The position numbers and the translations under genes were made by a program. Shown here in pieces: positions 8,971 through 18,354 of a stretch of 64,000 nt of DNA. Source of the stretch: Planctomycetota bacterium (GTDB lineage: Bacteria; Planctomycetota; PLA2; JAEUHO01); the NCBI GenBank assembly GCA_050248855.1, contig JBFWRP010000013.1:32001-96000 (forward strand), read 5' to 3'. Every line of letters starts with the position of its first letter. The stretch's first letter is position 1. The notes beneath the pieces are model-generated. The model made no database searches, was not told the origin of the DNA, and saw nothing but the letters and a program-made list of their open reading frames with translations.

Positions 8971-9038
8971 GGCCACACGGCGGAGTCGAACCGCCACCCC
9001 CGGCTGGACGCCGGTGCTCACCGCGAGCTCGAGTGGCC
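8971..9038 (-). ncRNA. Second tRNA-like element with shortened D loop and aberrant anticodon loop
   Basis: GGCCACTC-GA-GCTC-GCGGT-GAGC-A-CCGGC-GTCCA-GCCGG-GGGT-GGCGG-TTCGACT-CCGCC-GTGTGGCC. Confidence 0.65.
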
Positions 9039-9253
9039 TGGTGGCATTCACGCAGGTGGCAAGTCCGCCTCGGTACGCCCCGCTCCGACCGGAGGCCGGG
9101 GAGCGGGCACGCCAGCGGCCCACGTGAAAGTCCTTGTGGGTGGTGGGGCCCAAGCGAAACGCAGGCCTCCAGGGCCTTGGCCCGAGGCCAAAGAGCCAGG
9201 ACCCCGAGGGCATCACCCCCCGGGGCCTGCGTCGTCCCTCATGGGGGAAACGC

Positions 9254-9379
9254 CTAGGCGGGAGCGAGGCCTTGGCCCGCGCGATGCTCGGCCGCGCGCG
9301 TACCTCGACCGAGGACGTGGCACGGATTGCCGTCACGCATGCTGCGTTGTTTGCTCGTCATGTCCGTGCGTCCGCTCAT
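9254..9379 (-). CDS. Putative 41-aa leader peptide
   Basis: Strong GAGGAGGAG RBS; MSGRTDMTSKQRSMRDGNPCHVLGRGTRAAEHRAGQGLAPA; followed by GC-rich hairpins. Confidence 0.45.
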   Translation of the reverse strand: MSGRTDMTSKQRSMRDGNPCHVLGRGTRAAEHRAGQGLAPA

Positions 9380-9441
9380 GGCGGCTCCTCCTCGCTGCTT
9401 TCGCCCCTCTACGCCCTGTGCGCAGTAGCCGAGGCGAGATG

Positions 9442-9467
9442 GACGCGAGAACCCCGGCCTGGGTTCA
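9442..9467 (-). promoter_or_regulatory. Possible ECF-sigma promoter
   Basis: TGAACC-N16-CGTC about 60 nt upstream of the leader ORF matches the generic AAC/CGT ECF pattern. Confidence 0.35.
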
Positions 9468-9496
9468 CCCAAAAAATCGGAAGGTGCCGGGCCCGG

Positions 9497-11836
9497 CTAC
9501 TCGTCTTCGCGGAGCAACACGTCGAGCTCCCTGGCATCCGCCGAGAAGGTCGTCTCCGCGGTCCAGCTTCTCGCGTCATCGCCAGCCGTCACCCACAGGT
9601 CGAAGTTCCCGGGTGGGACGCCGCGAATCGCGAACACATCGGATCCCTCCGCGCGTTCGACGGTCAGCAGACCAAGGAAGGTGTTGTCCGGTCCCATGCG
9701 CCGGAACGTCCGCGGCGAGAAGGCGTACATGTAGACCGCGGCAGGCACGGGATCAGCGTTGGCGAGACGCAAGCGACCCGTGATGCGCTGTCCCTGGCCC
9801 ACGGGCAGCACGAGCCGCTCCTCCTCCACGCGGACCTTCCGTGCGTACACGTACCGGTCCTCACCGAGATCGGCCGACCAGAAGTCGAGGATGCTCCCGG
9901 AGCGGACCCCCCGCAGCGTTCCCGTGCCAGCGGCGTCCAGATGGACATGCGGTGTACTGCATGCACCTTCCACCACGGAAACCAGGAGCAGCGAACCGCG
10001 GTCCTCGTCGTGCCACGGATCCAGCGCGACCTGCACCTCGACATCTCGCGCGATGCGCAGCACGACGTCCTGAGCGCCGGACGCCGTGGTCTCCTGTGCG
10101 TTCCCCGTGGACAACACGAGGCTGCGATCCACGGGCGTTCGCAGGGCGAAGCGTCCACGGGCATCCGCCCTCGTGCTCGGTGCGCTCCAGACCCACCCCT
10201 CGCCTCTCCACACTGGCAGGCACCACGCGCCGAGCTGATCCGTCTCGAGCCGAGCGTGGACTTCGGCGCCCTCGACCGGCCCGTCGTCCGCGTCAACGAC
10301 CCGGCCCCGCGTCCACGTCGAGCGCAGCAGCCGTAGTTCCGGAGGGCGCTCGGAGTACCACGAGTCGACAAAGCGCGGGAGGAGGTCCTCGTCTCCTTCT
10401 GCTGGCTCGACCGCCAGCGGGGGACCGGGACGCTCGGCATCCATGTGGAGATCGACGAACCCGTCGGCGTCGCTCGTCGCCGAGGCATACGGCGCCGATC
10501 CGTCTTCCCGCGGAAACACCACGACGCGCGCCCCTACGACGGGGCGACCGTCCGGGCCCACGACGCGAGCCCGCTGCAGGGGCGCCTCGGTGAGCACGAT
10601 CTCGACGGGCGCAGACGCGCGACCCACCTCGACGAACGAGGGAGCAATCCACGGCGCGCGCACGCGCGCGCGGACGCGATACGTGTCCTCACCAAGGTCA
10701 CCGAGCTCGAAACGTCCCTCGTCGTCCGTGATCGCCACCCCCGCGGGCCCCTCACCGCGCTCGGCGAACCGACTCGCCGCATGGACCGCGATGCCCTCCA
10801 CGCCGCGTCCTTTGGCATCCACGACCCTGCCCGCGATCGACCAGTCCCGCCGCAACGTGCCTTGGACGACGGGCGGCTCGGACATGCGAAGAACCGTGTG
10901 TCCCCAGCGACCTCCAAGGTCGGGATCCACGTGGACGCGCACGGACCCGGGGACGGGCAGCGCCGTCAGCAGCGTCCCCTCACCAGCGTTGACGGGCACG
11001 AAGTGCCCCTGCGAGCTCCCTTCGACCGTAGAGAGCTCCACCCGCACGGTCGTTGTCACGGGGAGCCCGTCCTCATGATCCAGACGCACGAGCAGCGGGA
11101 CGACGTCACCGGGCCGCGCCGCGTCCATGACGAGTTCGATGTTCTCTGTCCCGGCCTGCACAACCACGCGCGCACTCGTCCAGCCGCCAGCGGCCATCGC
11201 CCCTGCGAACAAGGTCACGGGACCGGGCTCCAAGGGTGCGAACACGAAGCTCCCGTCCGCCCCCGGTACCTCGTTCTTGGGGAGGAACCCCTTCTGCTCC
11301 AATCGGAGCATCACGGACGTCGGCGTGGTGCCGTCCCTGTTGCGCACGCGCCCCGTCACGCGAAGTCCGCGATCGAAGCTCAGCACGGCCGTCCGTCGGC
11401 CTCGCGCATCCGGTCTCGTTTCCACGTCTTCGGCCAGGAGGTAGCCACGCACGAAACCGCCGACGCGCAGCACGCCCTCGGGGTACGAGCCCAGCTCGAT
11501 ACGCCCTGCGGCATCCGTCGTTGCCTTCACGCCCTCGAGATCGCGACCCCGAGCCGGATCGCGAACCCAGATCGAAGCCTCGACGCCCGCGAGCGGTCGC
11601 TCGTCGCTCGCGGCGACGAGGACGACGCCGAGGTTGCTGTCGCCCGGCGCATGCCTCGCCGCGCCGCTGCCGGACAGCGTGGGGCCCGAACGCGACATGT
11701 CCTCCGGTGCGTCGGCCACCGTCCCGGGTTCGTGGGACGCACCGTCGCGGCCGCGATCTGCCTCTCCCCACACCCACAGCACGGCCGCCGCGGCACCGAC
11801 CAGGGCGACCAGGAGGAGGCGTCGCGCACGCGGCAA
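9497..11836 (-). CDS. Membrane-anchored protein with repeated carboxypeptidase-regulatory-like (beta-sandwich) domains
   Basis: N-terminal TM segment; repeated GRVVD..G.PV.GA.V and TD..GRF motifs. Confidence 0.8.
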   Translation of the reverse strand: MPRARRLLLVALVGAAAAVLWVWGEADRGRDGASHEPGTVADAPEDMSRSGPTLSGSGAARHAPGDSNLGVVLVAASDERPLAGVEASIWVRDPARGRDLEGVKATTDAAGRIELGSYPEGVLRVGGFVRGYLLAEDVETRPDARGRRTAVLSFDRGLRVTGRVRNRDGTTPTSVMLRLEQKGFLPKNEVPGADGSFVFAPLEPGPVTLFAGAMAAGGWTSARVVVQAGTENIELVMDAARPGDVVPLLVRLDHEDGLPVTTTVRVELSTVEGSSQGHFVPVNAGEGTLLTALPVPGSVRVHVDPDLGGRWGHTVLRMSEPPVVQGTLRRDWSIAGRVVDAKGRGVEGIAVHAASRFAERGEGPAGVAITDDEGRFELGDLGEDTYRVRARVRAPWIAPSFVEVGRASAPVEIVLTEAPLQRARVVGPDGRPVVGARVVVFPREDGSAPYASATSDADGFVDLHMDAERPGPPLAVEPAEGDEDLLPRFVDSWYSERPPELRLLRSTWTRGRVVDADDGPVEGAEVHARLETDQLGAWCLPVWRGEGWVWSAPSTRADARGRFALRTPVDRSLVLSTGNAQETTASGAQDVVLRIARDVEVQVALDPWHDEDRGSLLLVSVVEGACSTPHVHLDAAGTGTLRGVRSGSILDFWSADLGEDRYVYARKVRVEEERLVLPVGQGQRITGRLRLANADPVPAAVYMYAFSPRTFRRMGPDNTFLGLLTVERAEGSDVFAIRGVPPGNFDLWVTAGDDARSWTAETTFSADARELDVLLREDE

Positions 11837-11860
11837 GCGTTGGCTCCATGGGGCACGTGG

Positions 11861-13150
11861 TCAGGTCGGGGAGCCCGGACCCGCGCCCGTTGTACGGCGC
11901 GCCCGGCGGAGGTGGCGCCCTACCGGTCGGAGAACAGGACCAGGACCACGTTCTCCGCGGGCACGGCCACGGTCACCATCGACCCTGGCTCGAGCGGCTC
12001 CTGGCATGCCCGGGACGCGGAATGCACCCGCAGCATCCGTCGCCGCACGCAGGACGCGATCCGGGTAGGTCGGAAGCGTGATCTCGACCAAGGCTCCTTG
12101 CAAGGAGAGCCCGCCGGCGACGGGACGGCCTTCCACATCGAGTACGCGTCCCCACACGCTGCAAGTGGGATCCAGGGCCATCTCGACCTGCTCGCGATCG
12201 GGGGGGAGATCGATCCAGCCGACGGCACGACCCTCCGCGCGACAACCGAGACGAGTGCGAGGGCCATGCAGCGGCACGACGACCGTGCCGTCGTCGCCGC
12301 CCACCAGGCGCTCGAGGGCGACCACGACCCCATCGGGGGAGGAGCTGACGGCGATGGCCTCGACACCCGGCACACGCTCGCCCGTGACTCCATCCACGAC
12401 CTGCACGCGTCGCGTAGCCGGGCTCCCGATCACGACGCCGAGGGGATCGGCGCGGGGAACACTCACGTCCTGGAGGAAGCGAACGAGGCCACCCGCACGA
12501 ACGCGGACCTGGTAGGCGCCGGGCACGAGGTCGTTGAACCGACCACGGCCTTGATCGTCGAGGGCGAGCGTCTGGGCTTGCTCGGGCCACGGGGAGAGCT
12601 TGCCGCGATGGGCGGCCCACATCGGGATGCATGCGCCCGAGGCGGCCCGGGGTTGTCCGGCCGCATCGGTGACGAGCACCTCGAGCGACTCGCCTCCGGG
12701 GGGGAGGTGGACATCGCAGCGGGCCCGCTGCCCCGCTGCTTGGACGTGGACGAAGGTGCTCCCCACGGCCCCCGACCGGGGCCGGGCGCGGACTTCGTAG
12801 AGCCCAGGAGGTAGCCCTTCGAAGCGGTAGCTGCTCGCGTTCGCCTCGAGCTGGCGTACGTCCCGTGCGACACCGCCTCCAGACTGTGCAGGGAACCAGC
12901 TGGGCATCTGGTCGAACGCGAACGCATTCCCGCGAGCCGCGAGGAAGCCCAACCAGCCGTGCTCGAGATGGGCTCCCTCATGCTGGATCAGCTCGACCGT
13001 CGCGGTGGAGCCAGGGCGGAGACTTCGCACCGTGCCCTCGATGCGCGAGCCAGGAGGCACCGGCTCCTCGGCCTGCACCTTGCGAGGGCAGGTCACGCCA
13101 TCGATCACGAGAACGGCGAGCAAGCCCACGAGGACGCGCAACTGGACCAC
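11861..13150 (-). CDS. Secreted carboxypeptidase-regulatory-like domain protein, probably frameshifted near its 3' end
   Basis: GGAGG RBS and GTG at 13150; GLPPG.Y.V and GRVLD..GRPV motifs; the natural-looking end lies in another frame (stop at 11920). Confidence 0.65.
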   Translation of the reverse strand: MVQLRVLVGLLAVLVIDGVTCPRKVQAEEPVPPGSRIEGTVRSLRPGSTATVELIQHEGAHLEHGWLGFLAARGNAFAFDQMPSWFPAQSGGGVARDVRQLEANASSYRFEGLPPGLYEVRARPRSGAVGSTFVHVQAAGQRARCDVHLPPGGESLEVLVTDAAGQPRAASGACIPMWAAHRGKLSPWPEQAQTLALDDQGRGRFNDLVPGAYQVRVRAGGLVRFLQDVSVPRADPLGVVIGSPATRRVQVVDGVTGERVPGVEAIAVSSSPDGVVVALERLVGGDDGTVVVPLHGPRTRLGCRAEGRAVGWIDLPPDREQVEMALDPTCSVWGRVLDVEGRPVAGGLSLQGALVEITLPTYPDRVLRAATDAAGAFRVPGMPGAARARVDGDRGRARGERGPGPVLRPVGRHLRRARRTTGAGPGSPT

Positions 13151-13227
13151 GACGAGGCCTCCCGAAGCCGCGTGTAGCGAGTGGTTCGGGTTTGGCTCCC
13201 CCGATCGCCCGGCGCCATGATGGCACG

Positions 13228-14280
13228 GTGCAAGCGACAGAGGCCCGCCCACCGCTCTTCCAACGCTTGCTCGCCGCGGGCGCACGCGTGTTGGCCCGCA
13301 TCGCCTTCGTCGTGGCTTGGCTCTGGTTGATCGGAGCCGCTTGGTTCAGCGAGGTGGGGCCGGGCTTCCTGCCTGCCTTCCTGGCGACGACCGTGGGCGT
13401 CGGGTTCCCGCTGGCTTGGTACCGCCGCCGGGGGGCGCGTCGTCGCACGGCGCTCGTCTTCGTGGCCGCGTTCCTGGTTGCCGTCGGCCTCTGGACCCTC
13501 AAGCAGCCCAAGGTGCAAGCCCAGTGGGTGCCGGAGCTCGCCCGGCTGCCGGCCATCTCCCTGGATGGCGACAACCTGACCATCGACGGCCTGCGTGACT
13601 GCGCCTACCGGACGGAAGAGGATTTCGACCTGCGCTACCGCATCGAGTCCTACGACCTGGGCGAGCTCGAGACCCTGGATCTGCTCGTCGAGCGCTTCCA
13701 CGCCTGGGACGCCCTGGCCCACACGCTCCTCTCGTTCGGCTTCGCCGACGGGCGGCACGTGGTCGTCAGCGTGGAGGTGCGCCGCGAGGTCGGAGAGTCC
13801 TTCGACCCCGTGGCCGGGCTCTTCAAGCAGTTCGAGCTGACGTACGTACTGGGGACGGAGAGCGACCTGATCGGGCTGCGCACGAACCATCGCAAGTCCC
13901 GCGCGTGGCTCTATCCGATGCGCACGACGAAGGAGCGCATCCAGAGCCTGTTCCGCTCGATGCTGACACGCGCCCAGCACCTGCAGGCGTCGCCGGAGTT
14001 CTACAACACGCTCACGAGCACCTGCACCACGAACATCGTGGACCACGTGCTCGACCTCGTGCCCGACCGCTTCGACCCGGACTGGCGCGTGATCCTGCCG
14101 GGCCACTCGGCCACGCTCGCCTACGAGGCGGGACTGATCGACACCGACCGCTCGTTCGACGCGATGCAAGAGACCTTCCGCATCGACGAGATCGCACAGG
14201 CCGGGCCCGTGGACGCCGCCTTCTCGCAGCGCTTGCGGTCGGGCCGGCCGCCGCGTGCCCCGGGACCCGCGCCACGGTAG
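13228..14280 (+). CDS. DUF4105 (Lnb N-terminal-like) membrane protein
   Basis: Three TM segments; AHTLLSFGF, SVEVRRE.GE.F, GLFKQFEL and FYNTLTSTCTTNI motifs. Confidence 0.85.
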   Translation: MQATEARPPLFQRLLAAGARVLARIAFVVAWLWLIGAAWFSEVGPGFLPAFLATTVGVGFPLAWYRRRGARRRTALVFVAAFLVAVGLWTLKQPKVQAQWVPELARLPAISLDGDNLTIDGLRDCAYRTEEDFDLRYRIESYDLGELETLDLLVERFHAWDALAHTLLSFGFADGRHVVVSVEVRREVGESFDPVAGLFKQFELTYVLGTESDLIGLRTNHRKSRAWLYPMRTTKERIQSLFRSMLTRAQHLQASPEFYNTLTSTCTTNIVDHVLDLVPDRFDPDWRVILPGHSATLAYEAGLIDTDRSFDAMQETFRIDEIAQAGPVDAAFSQRLRSGRPPRAPGPAPR

Positions 14281-14307
14281 AACGCCGGCCCACGAGGAGA
14301 CGGCACC

Positions 14308-15258
14308 GTGAAGCACTTCGAGCTGGCCGGCGGCGGCATGATTCCCGGCTTGGGCCTGGGCACGTGGAAGTCGGCGCCCGGCGAAGTCGGGCCCGTCATC
14401 CGCGAGGCCATCCGCCTGGGCTACCGGCACATCGACTGCGCCCGCGCCTACGGCAACGAGAAGGAGATCGGTGAAGCCCTCGAGGGCGCGATCAAGGACG
14501 GCGACGTCACGCGCGACGAGCTCTTCATCACCTCCAAGCTCTGGAACGACAGCCATGCCCAGGAGGCCGTGCGCCCGGCGCTGGAGAAGACGCTCGGCGA
14601 CCTGCGCTTGGCCCATCTCGACCTCTACCTCATGCACTGGCCGGTCTCGCTCAAGCCCAAGGTCGGCTTCCCACGTTCTGCCGCTGACCTCATTGGCGAG
14701 GCCGATCTCCCGCTGACCGAGACGTGGGCCGCGATGGAGGCCTGCCACGACGCCGGGCTCTCGCGCCACCTGGGCGTCTCCAACTGCAACGCGCGCCGCA
14801 TCGACCTGCTGGTCGACGCGGCCCGCGTGCCCGTGGCCGTGAACCAGGTCGAGCTGCACCCCTACCTGGCCCAGGACGCGCTCCGGGCCCACGCCGCCAA
14901 GCGGGGCGTCCATCTCACGGCCTACTCGCCGCTGGGCTCGCCCGACCGACCGGACATCATGCGCCGCGCCGAGGACCCGGACCTGCTCGCCCACCCGACG
15001 GTTGCGAAGGTCGCGGCCAAGCACGGCGCGACACCCGCCCAGGTCCTGCTGGCCTGGGCGCTGGCCCGCGGCACGAGCGTGATCCCCAAGTCCACCCATC
15101 CGCGTCGATTGGCCGAGAACCTCGCGGCCGCCGACCTGACCCTGGACGCCGACGACATGGCGACGATCGCGGGCATGGACGCCGGCTACCGCTTCGTCGA
15201 GGGCACGTTCTGGTGTCCGCCGGGATCCCCCTACTCGGTCGCCGACCTCTGGGCCTGA
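14308..15258 (+). CDS. Aldo/keto reductase
   Basis: GLGTWK, GYRHIDCA..YGNE, ITSKLW, DLYLMHWP, NQVELHPY and IPKS motifs. Confidence 0.95.
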   Translation: MKHFELAGGGMIPGLGLGTWKSAPGEVGPVIREAIRLGYRHIDCARAYGNEKEIGEALEGAIKDGDVTRDELFITSKLWNDSHAQEAVRPALEKTLGDLRLAHLDLYLMHWPVSLKPKVGFPRSAADLIGEADLPLTETWAAMEACHDAGLSRHLGVSNCNARRIDLLVDAARVPVAVNQVELHPYLAQDALRAHAAKRGVHLTAYSPLGSPDRPDIMRRAEDPDLLAHPTVAKVAAKHGATPAQVLLAWALARGTSVIPKSTHPRRLAENLAAADLTLDADDMATIAGMDAGYRFVEGTFWCPPGSPYSVADLWA

Positions 15259-15376
15259 GGCGTCGCCGCCCGCGGGGTGAGCGCGCAGAAGCCCTGATTT
15301 CAGGGATTTGGAGGGAGGTGGGTCCTCTGTAAAGGATCGGGACCAAGGTCGCTACCTTTACGCGCGGGAGGGTTGC

Positions 15377-16003
15377 ATGTTCCGGAAGCTCCTGCCGCGC
15401 AAGGACATCTTCTTCACGTACATGGAGACGTCGGCGGCGATGGTCGTGCAGATCCTCGACGCCTATCGTGACCTCGTCATGGACCCGAACAACTCCAAGG
15501 AGCGGGTCGAGCGCGTGCGCCAGCTCGAGCACGAAGCCGACGAGCACCTGCACAAGGTGCTGCTCGACTTGGAGCGCACCTTCATCACGCCGCTCGACCG
15601 CAACGAGATCAGCACGATCAGCCGGCGCCTGGACGACATCATCGACTTGATCGAAGGAGCCGCGCAACGGCTCTACTACTACGAGCTCAGCGAAAGCCCG
15701 AAGCCGCTCACGGACTTGGTGGAGATCCTCACCGAGCTGGCAGGCATCGTCCAGAGGGCGATTGGGGGTTTGGCCAACCTGCGGCGTGCCGACGAGCTGC
15801 GCGGCTACCTCGTGCAGATCCATACGCTGGAGAACAAGGCCGACGGCATCCTGCGTCCAGCGATCGGCGAGCTCTTCCGCAAGTACACCGACGCCCGCGA
15901 CATCATCAAGTGGAAGGAGGTGTACGAGCACCTCGAAGAGGCCACGGACCGCTGCGAGGACGTGGCCGACCAGATCGAGAACATCCTCCTCGAGTACGCC
16001 TGA
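15377..16003 (+). CDS. DUF47 (PhoU-like) phosphate transport regulator
   Basis: LEHEAD, TFITPLDR, LENKAD and LEEATDRCEDVA motifs; adjacent to pit. Confidence 0.92.
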   Translation: MFRKLLPRKDIFFTYMETSAAMVVQILDAYRDLVMDPNNSKERVERVRQLEHEADEHLHKVLLDLERTFITPLDRNEISTISRRLDDIIDLIEGAAQRLYYYELSESPKPLTDLVEILTELAGIVQRAIGGLANLRRADELRGYLVQIHTLENKADGILRPAIGELFRKYTDARDIIKWKEVYEHLEEATDRCEDVADQIENILLEYA

Positions 16004-16030
16004 CCCGCCTCCGGTCCCGGGACAGAACCG

Positions 16031-17050
16031 ATGCTCACGCTCGTCATCGTCATCGTTGCGCTCGCGCTGCTCTTCGACTTCATCAACGGCATGAACGATG
16101 CCGCGAACTCGATCGCCACGATCGTCTCCACGCGCGTGCTGACGCCGAAGCAGGCCGTGGCGTGGGCAGCCTTCTGGAACGCGGCGGCCATGGTGCTGGT
16201 GGGCACGGCCGTCGCCAAGACCGTGTCCAGCGTCGTCCCGCCGGCCCAGCAGGACCTCATGATCGTGCTTGGCGGCCTGTGCGGCGCCATCGTGTGGGCC
16301 CACGGCTGCACCAAGTTCGGCTTGCCCATCAGCGTGAGCCACTCGCTGATCGGCGGTCTCGTGGGGGCCGGATTCGCGGCCCAGGGCCTGGGCGCCATCA
16401 ACTTCGTCAAGCTCGAGCCCACGCTCTGGTTCATCATCCTGGCCCCGGTCATCGGCATGGCGGCCGGCGCGGTCCTGATGACGGCCGTCTACTGGCTGTT
16501 TCGCAACGCCACACGCTCCGGTGCGGAGCGCTTCTTCCGCGCCGGCCAGCTGGTCTCGTCAGCGATGTTCAGCGTGGGCCACGGCAGCAACGACGCCCAG
16601 AAGATCATGGGCATCATCACCGCCGCCCTCGTGGCCGGCGGCGTGCAGGCCGCCCCCGCCGAGGGCGCCTCGCCCCATGTACAGCTCTGGGTCATCGTCG
16701 CCGCCCACATGGCCATCGGCCTGGGCACGCTGCTCGGCGGCTGGCGCGTCATCCGCACGATGGGCAGCAAGCTGACCAAGCTCAAGCCCGAGCAGGGCTT
16801 CTGCGCCGAGACGGCGGGCAGCGTCGTGTTGCTGTTCACGGCGAAGCTGGGCATCCCCGTCAGCACGACGCACTGCATCGCCGGCTCGATCATGGGCACC
16901 GGCGTGGTCAAGCGGGCGCGCTCGGTACGCTGGGCCACGGCCAAGCGCATCCTCTACGCCTGGGTGCTGACGATCCCGGCAGCCGCGCTCATGGGCGCCG
17001 CGTTCTACTGGCTCACGCAAGTAACGGGCCTGGGTTCGCTGGCGCAGTAG
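16031..17050 (+). CDS. pit: Inorganic phosphate transporter, PiT family
   Basis: INGMNDAANSIAT, HGSNDAQK and PVSTTH signature motifs. Confidence 0.95.
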   Translation: MLTLVIVIVALALLFDFINGMNDAANSIATIVSTRVLTPKQAVAWAAFWNAAAMVLVGTAVAKTVSSVVPPAQQDLMIVLGGLCGAIVWAHGCTKFGLPISVSHSLIGGLVGAGFAAQGLGAINFVKLEPTLWFIILAPVIGMAAGAVLMTAVYWLFRNATRSGAERFFRAGQLVSSAMFSVGHGSNDAQKIMGIITAALVAGGVQAAPAEGASPHVQLWVIVAAHMAIGLGTLLGGWRVIRTMGSKLTKLKPEQGFCAETAGSVVLLFTAKLGIPVSTTHCIAGSIMGTGVVKRARSVRWATAKRILYAWVLTIPAAALMGAAFYWLTQVTGLGSLAQ

Positions 17051-17054
17051 GGAG

Positions 17055-18320
17055 CTACCTCACGTAGCGACGCTGCTTGGGGTCCCACGTCAGCGCCTCG
17101 TAGTTCTCGTCGATCCACGCCTCCCACTGCTTGCGCTTGGCGTCGCCCGTGTCGTGACGCCCTGAGGAGATCCCCGCCTTCGTCGCGTCCTCCAGGGTCT
17201 CCATCGCCCAGGTCAGCACCCAGGCATCTACCCCCCTGCGGTCGAGCAGCTGGACCAAGTCGCGCAGCCCCCGCTTCTCGCCCAGCAGTGCGCGTGCTTG
17301 GCGGCAGGCCAGCTTGCGATGCAGGTCGGGCTCGGGGAAACCATCCGGAACGATGGCTCCAGGCCCCAGCTCGAACTCCGACGGCGCCGCCTCGATGCGG
17401 TCCACGAAGGGCAGGACCTCCACGAGCTGCAGCTCGGCAGCGGCGCGCAACAAGTCGGGCATGCCCGCGGGGAACTTGTCCCCGTACGACGACAGGTGGC
17501 TGACGATCGCGGGCCCCAGCTCGGCCCCGCCGAGCGTCGGGGCGTAATGCTTGGCTGCCTCGCCAAGCTGCAGGCCCATGAAGCCCTGCGAGATGGCGTG
17601 CGCGATGTAGGAGATGGCCGCAGGGTCATCGACGGCTTGGAGGCACCCGGCGACCGGGAGCCATCCCTTGTCGAGCAGGGCACCGAGGCGCGGCACGTCC
17701 CGGGATGTCACGAGTCGACAGGCGGCATCCAGCGCCCACCGTCCCCGCCCCACGATGTCGTCTTGCTTGGCACCTTGGGGCTCGAGGTACGTGAGGAGAT
17801 GCGGAAGAGCATCTCGGCCGAGGGCCACCATGCGGGCCACGTCGGGATGGTCCGACGACCAGCTGCTCGTCGGCAGGCCGTCGAGGATCTCATCGATCTT
17901 GGCCGCCACGTCGGGCGGAGAGGTTCCGAACCCCGTGTCGCCCGCAGGCGGAGAGAGGTACTCCTCGATGGTCTCGATGGCCGAACGCTCGGCAGGGGTG
18001 CGGCCTTTCCCCCGCTCCTCGAGCGCACGTCGCGTGTGCTTGTCCAGTCGGATCAGGATGTCGATGGCGCGCTCCAAGGCCTGACCGCGCAGGCGGCCGA
18101 GGTCGCCGACGAGCCGCTCGGCCGCAGGGCCACCCATGGATCCCAACGCGGCCGTCGCGGCGGCAACGATGGCGGGGTCCTTGCTGGAGAGGCTCTTCAC
18201 GAGCACGTCCAGGAACTGCTGCTGCTCCTTGGTCGGGGCCGCGAGCGCCGATCGAGGCACGCCGAGGCACCAGCAGCAGGCCGCAAGCAAGATCGTCTTG
18301 ATCACCCGTCTCCCCGACAT
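17055..18320 (-). CDS. Hypothetical secreted HEAT-like helical protein
   Basis: GGAGG RBS; signal peptide; helical repeats; C-terminal W..W...N...L.WD. Confidence 0.65.
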   Translation of the reverse strand: MSGRRVIKTILLAACCWCLGVPRSALAAPTKEQQQFLDVLVKSLSSKDPAIVAAATAALGSMGGPAAERLVGDLGRLRGQALERAIDILIRLDKHTRRALEERGKGRTPAERSAIETIEEYLSPPAGDTGFGTSPPDVAAKIDEILDGLPTSSWSSDHPDVARMVALGRDALPHLLTYLEPQGAKQDDIVGRGRWALDAACRLVTSRDVPRLGALLDKGWLPVAGCLQAVDDPAAISYIAHAISQGFMGLQLGEAAKHYAPTLGGAELGPAIVSHLSSYGDKFPAGMPDLLRAAAELQLVEVLPFVDRIEAAPSEFELGPGAIVPDGFPEPDLHRKLACRQARALLGEKRGLRDLVQLLDRRGVDAWVLTWAMETLEDATKAGISSGRHDTGDAKRKQWEAWIDENYEALTWDPKQRRYVR

Positions 18321-18354
18321 GGCACCTCCCGGTCGCGCCAAGGTAGGGCCGGGG

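Noticed and set aside
15256..15300. Sec readthrough at other TGA stops (e.g. aldo/keto reductase, sirtuin, Pnkp)
   Set aside because: These proteins already look complete at the stop, and readthrough restores no Cys motif.
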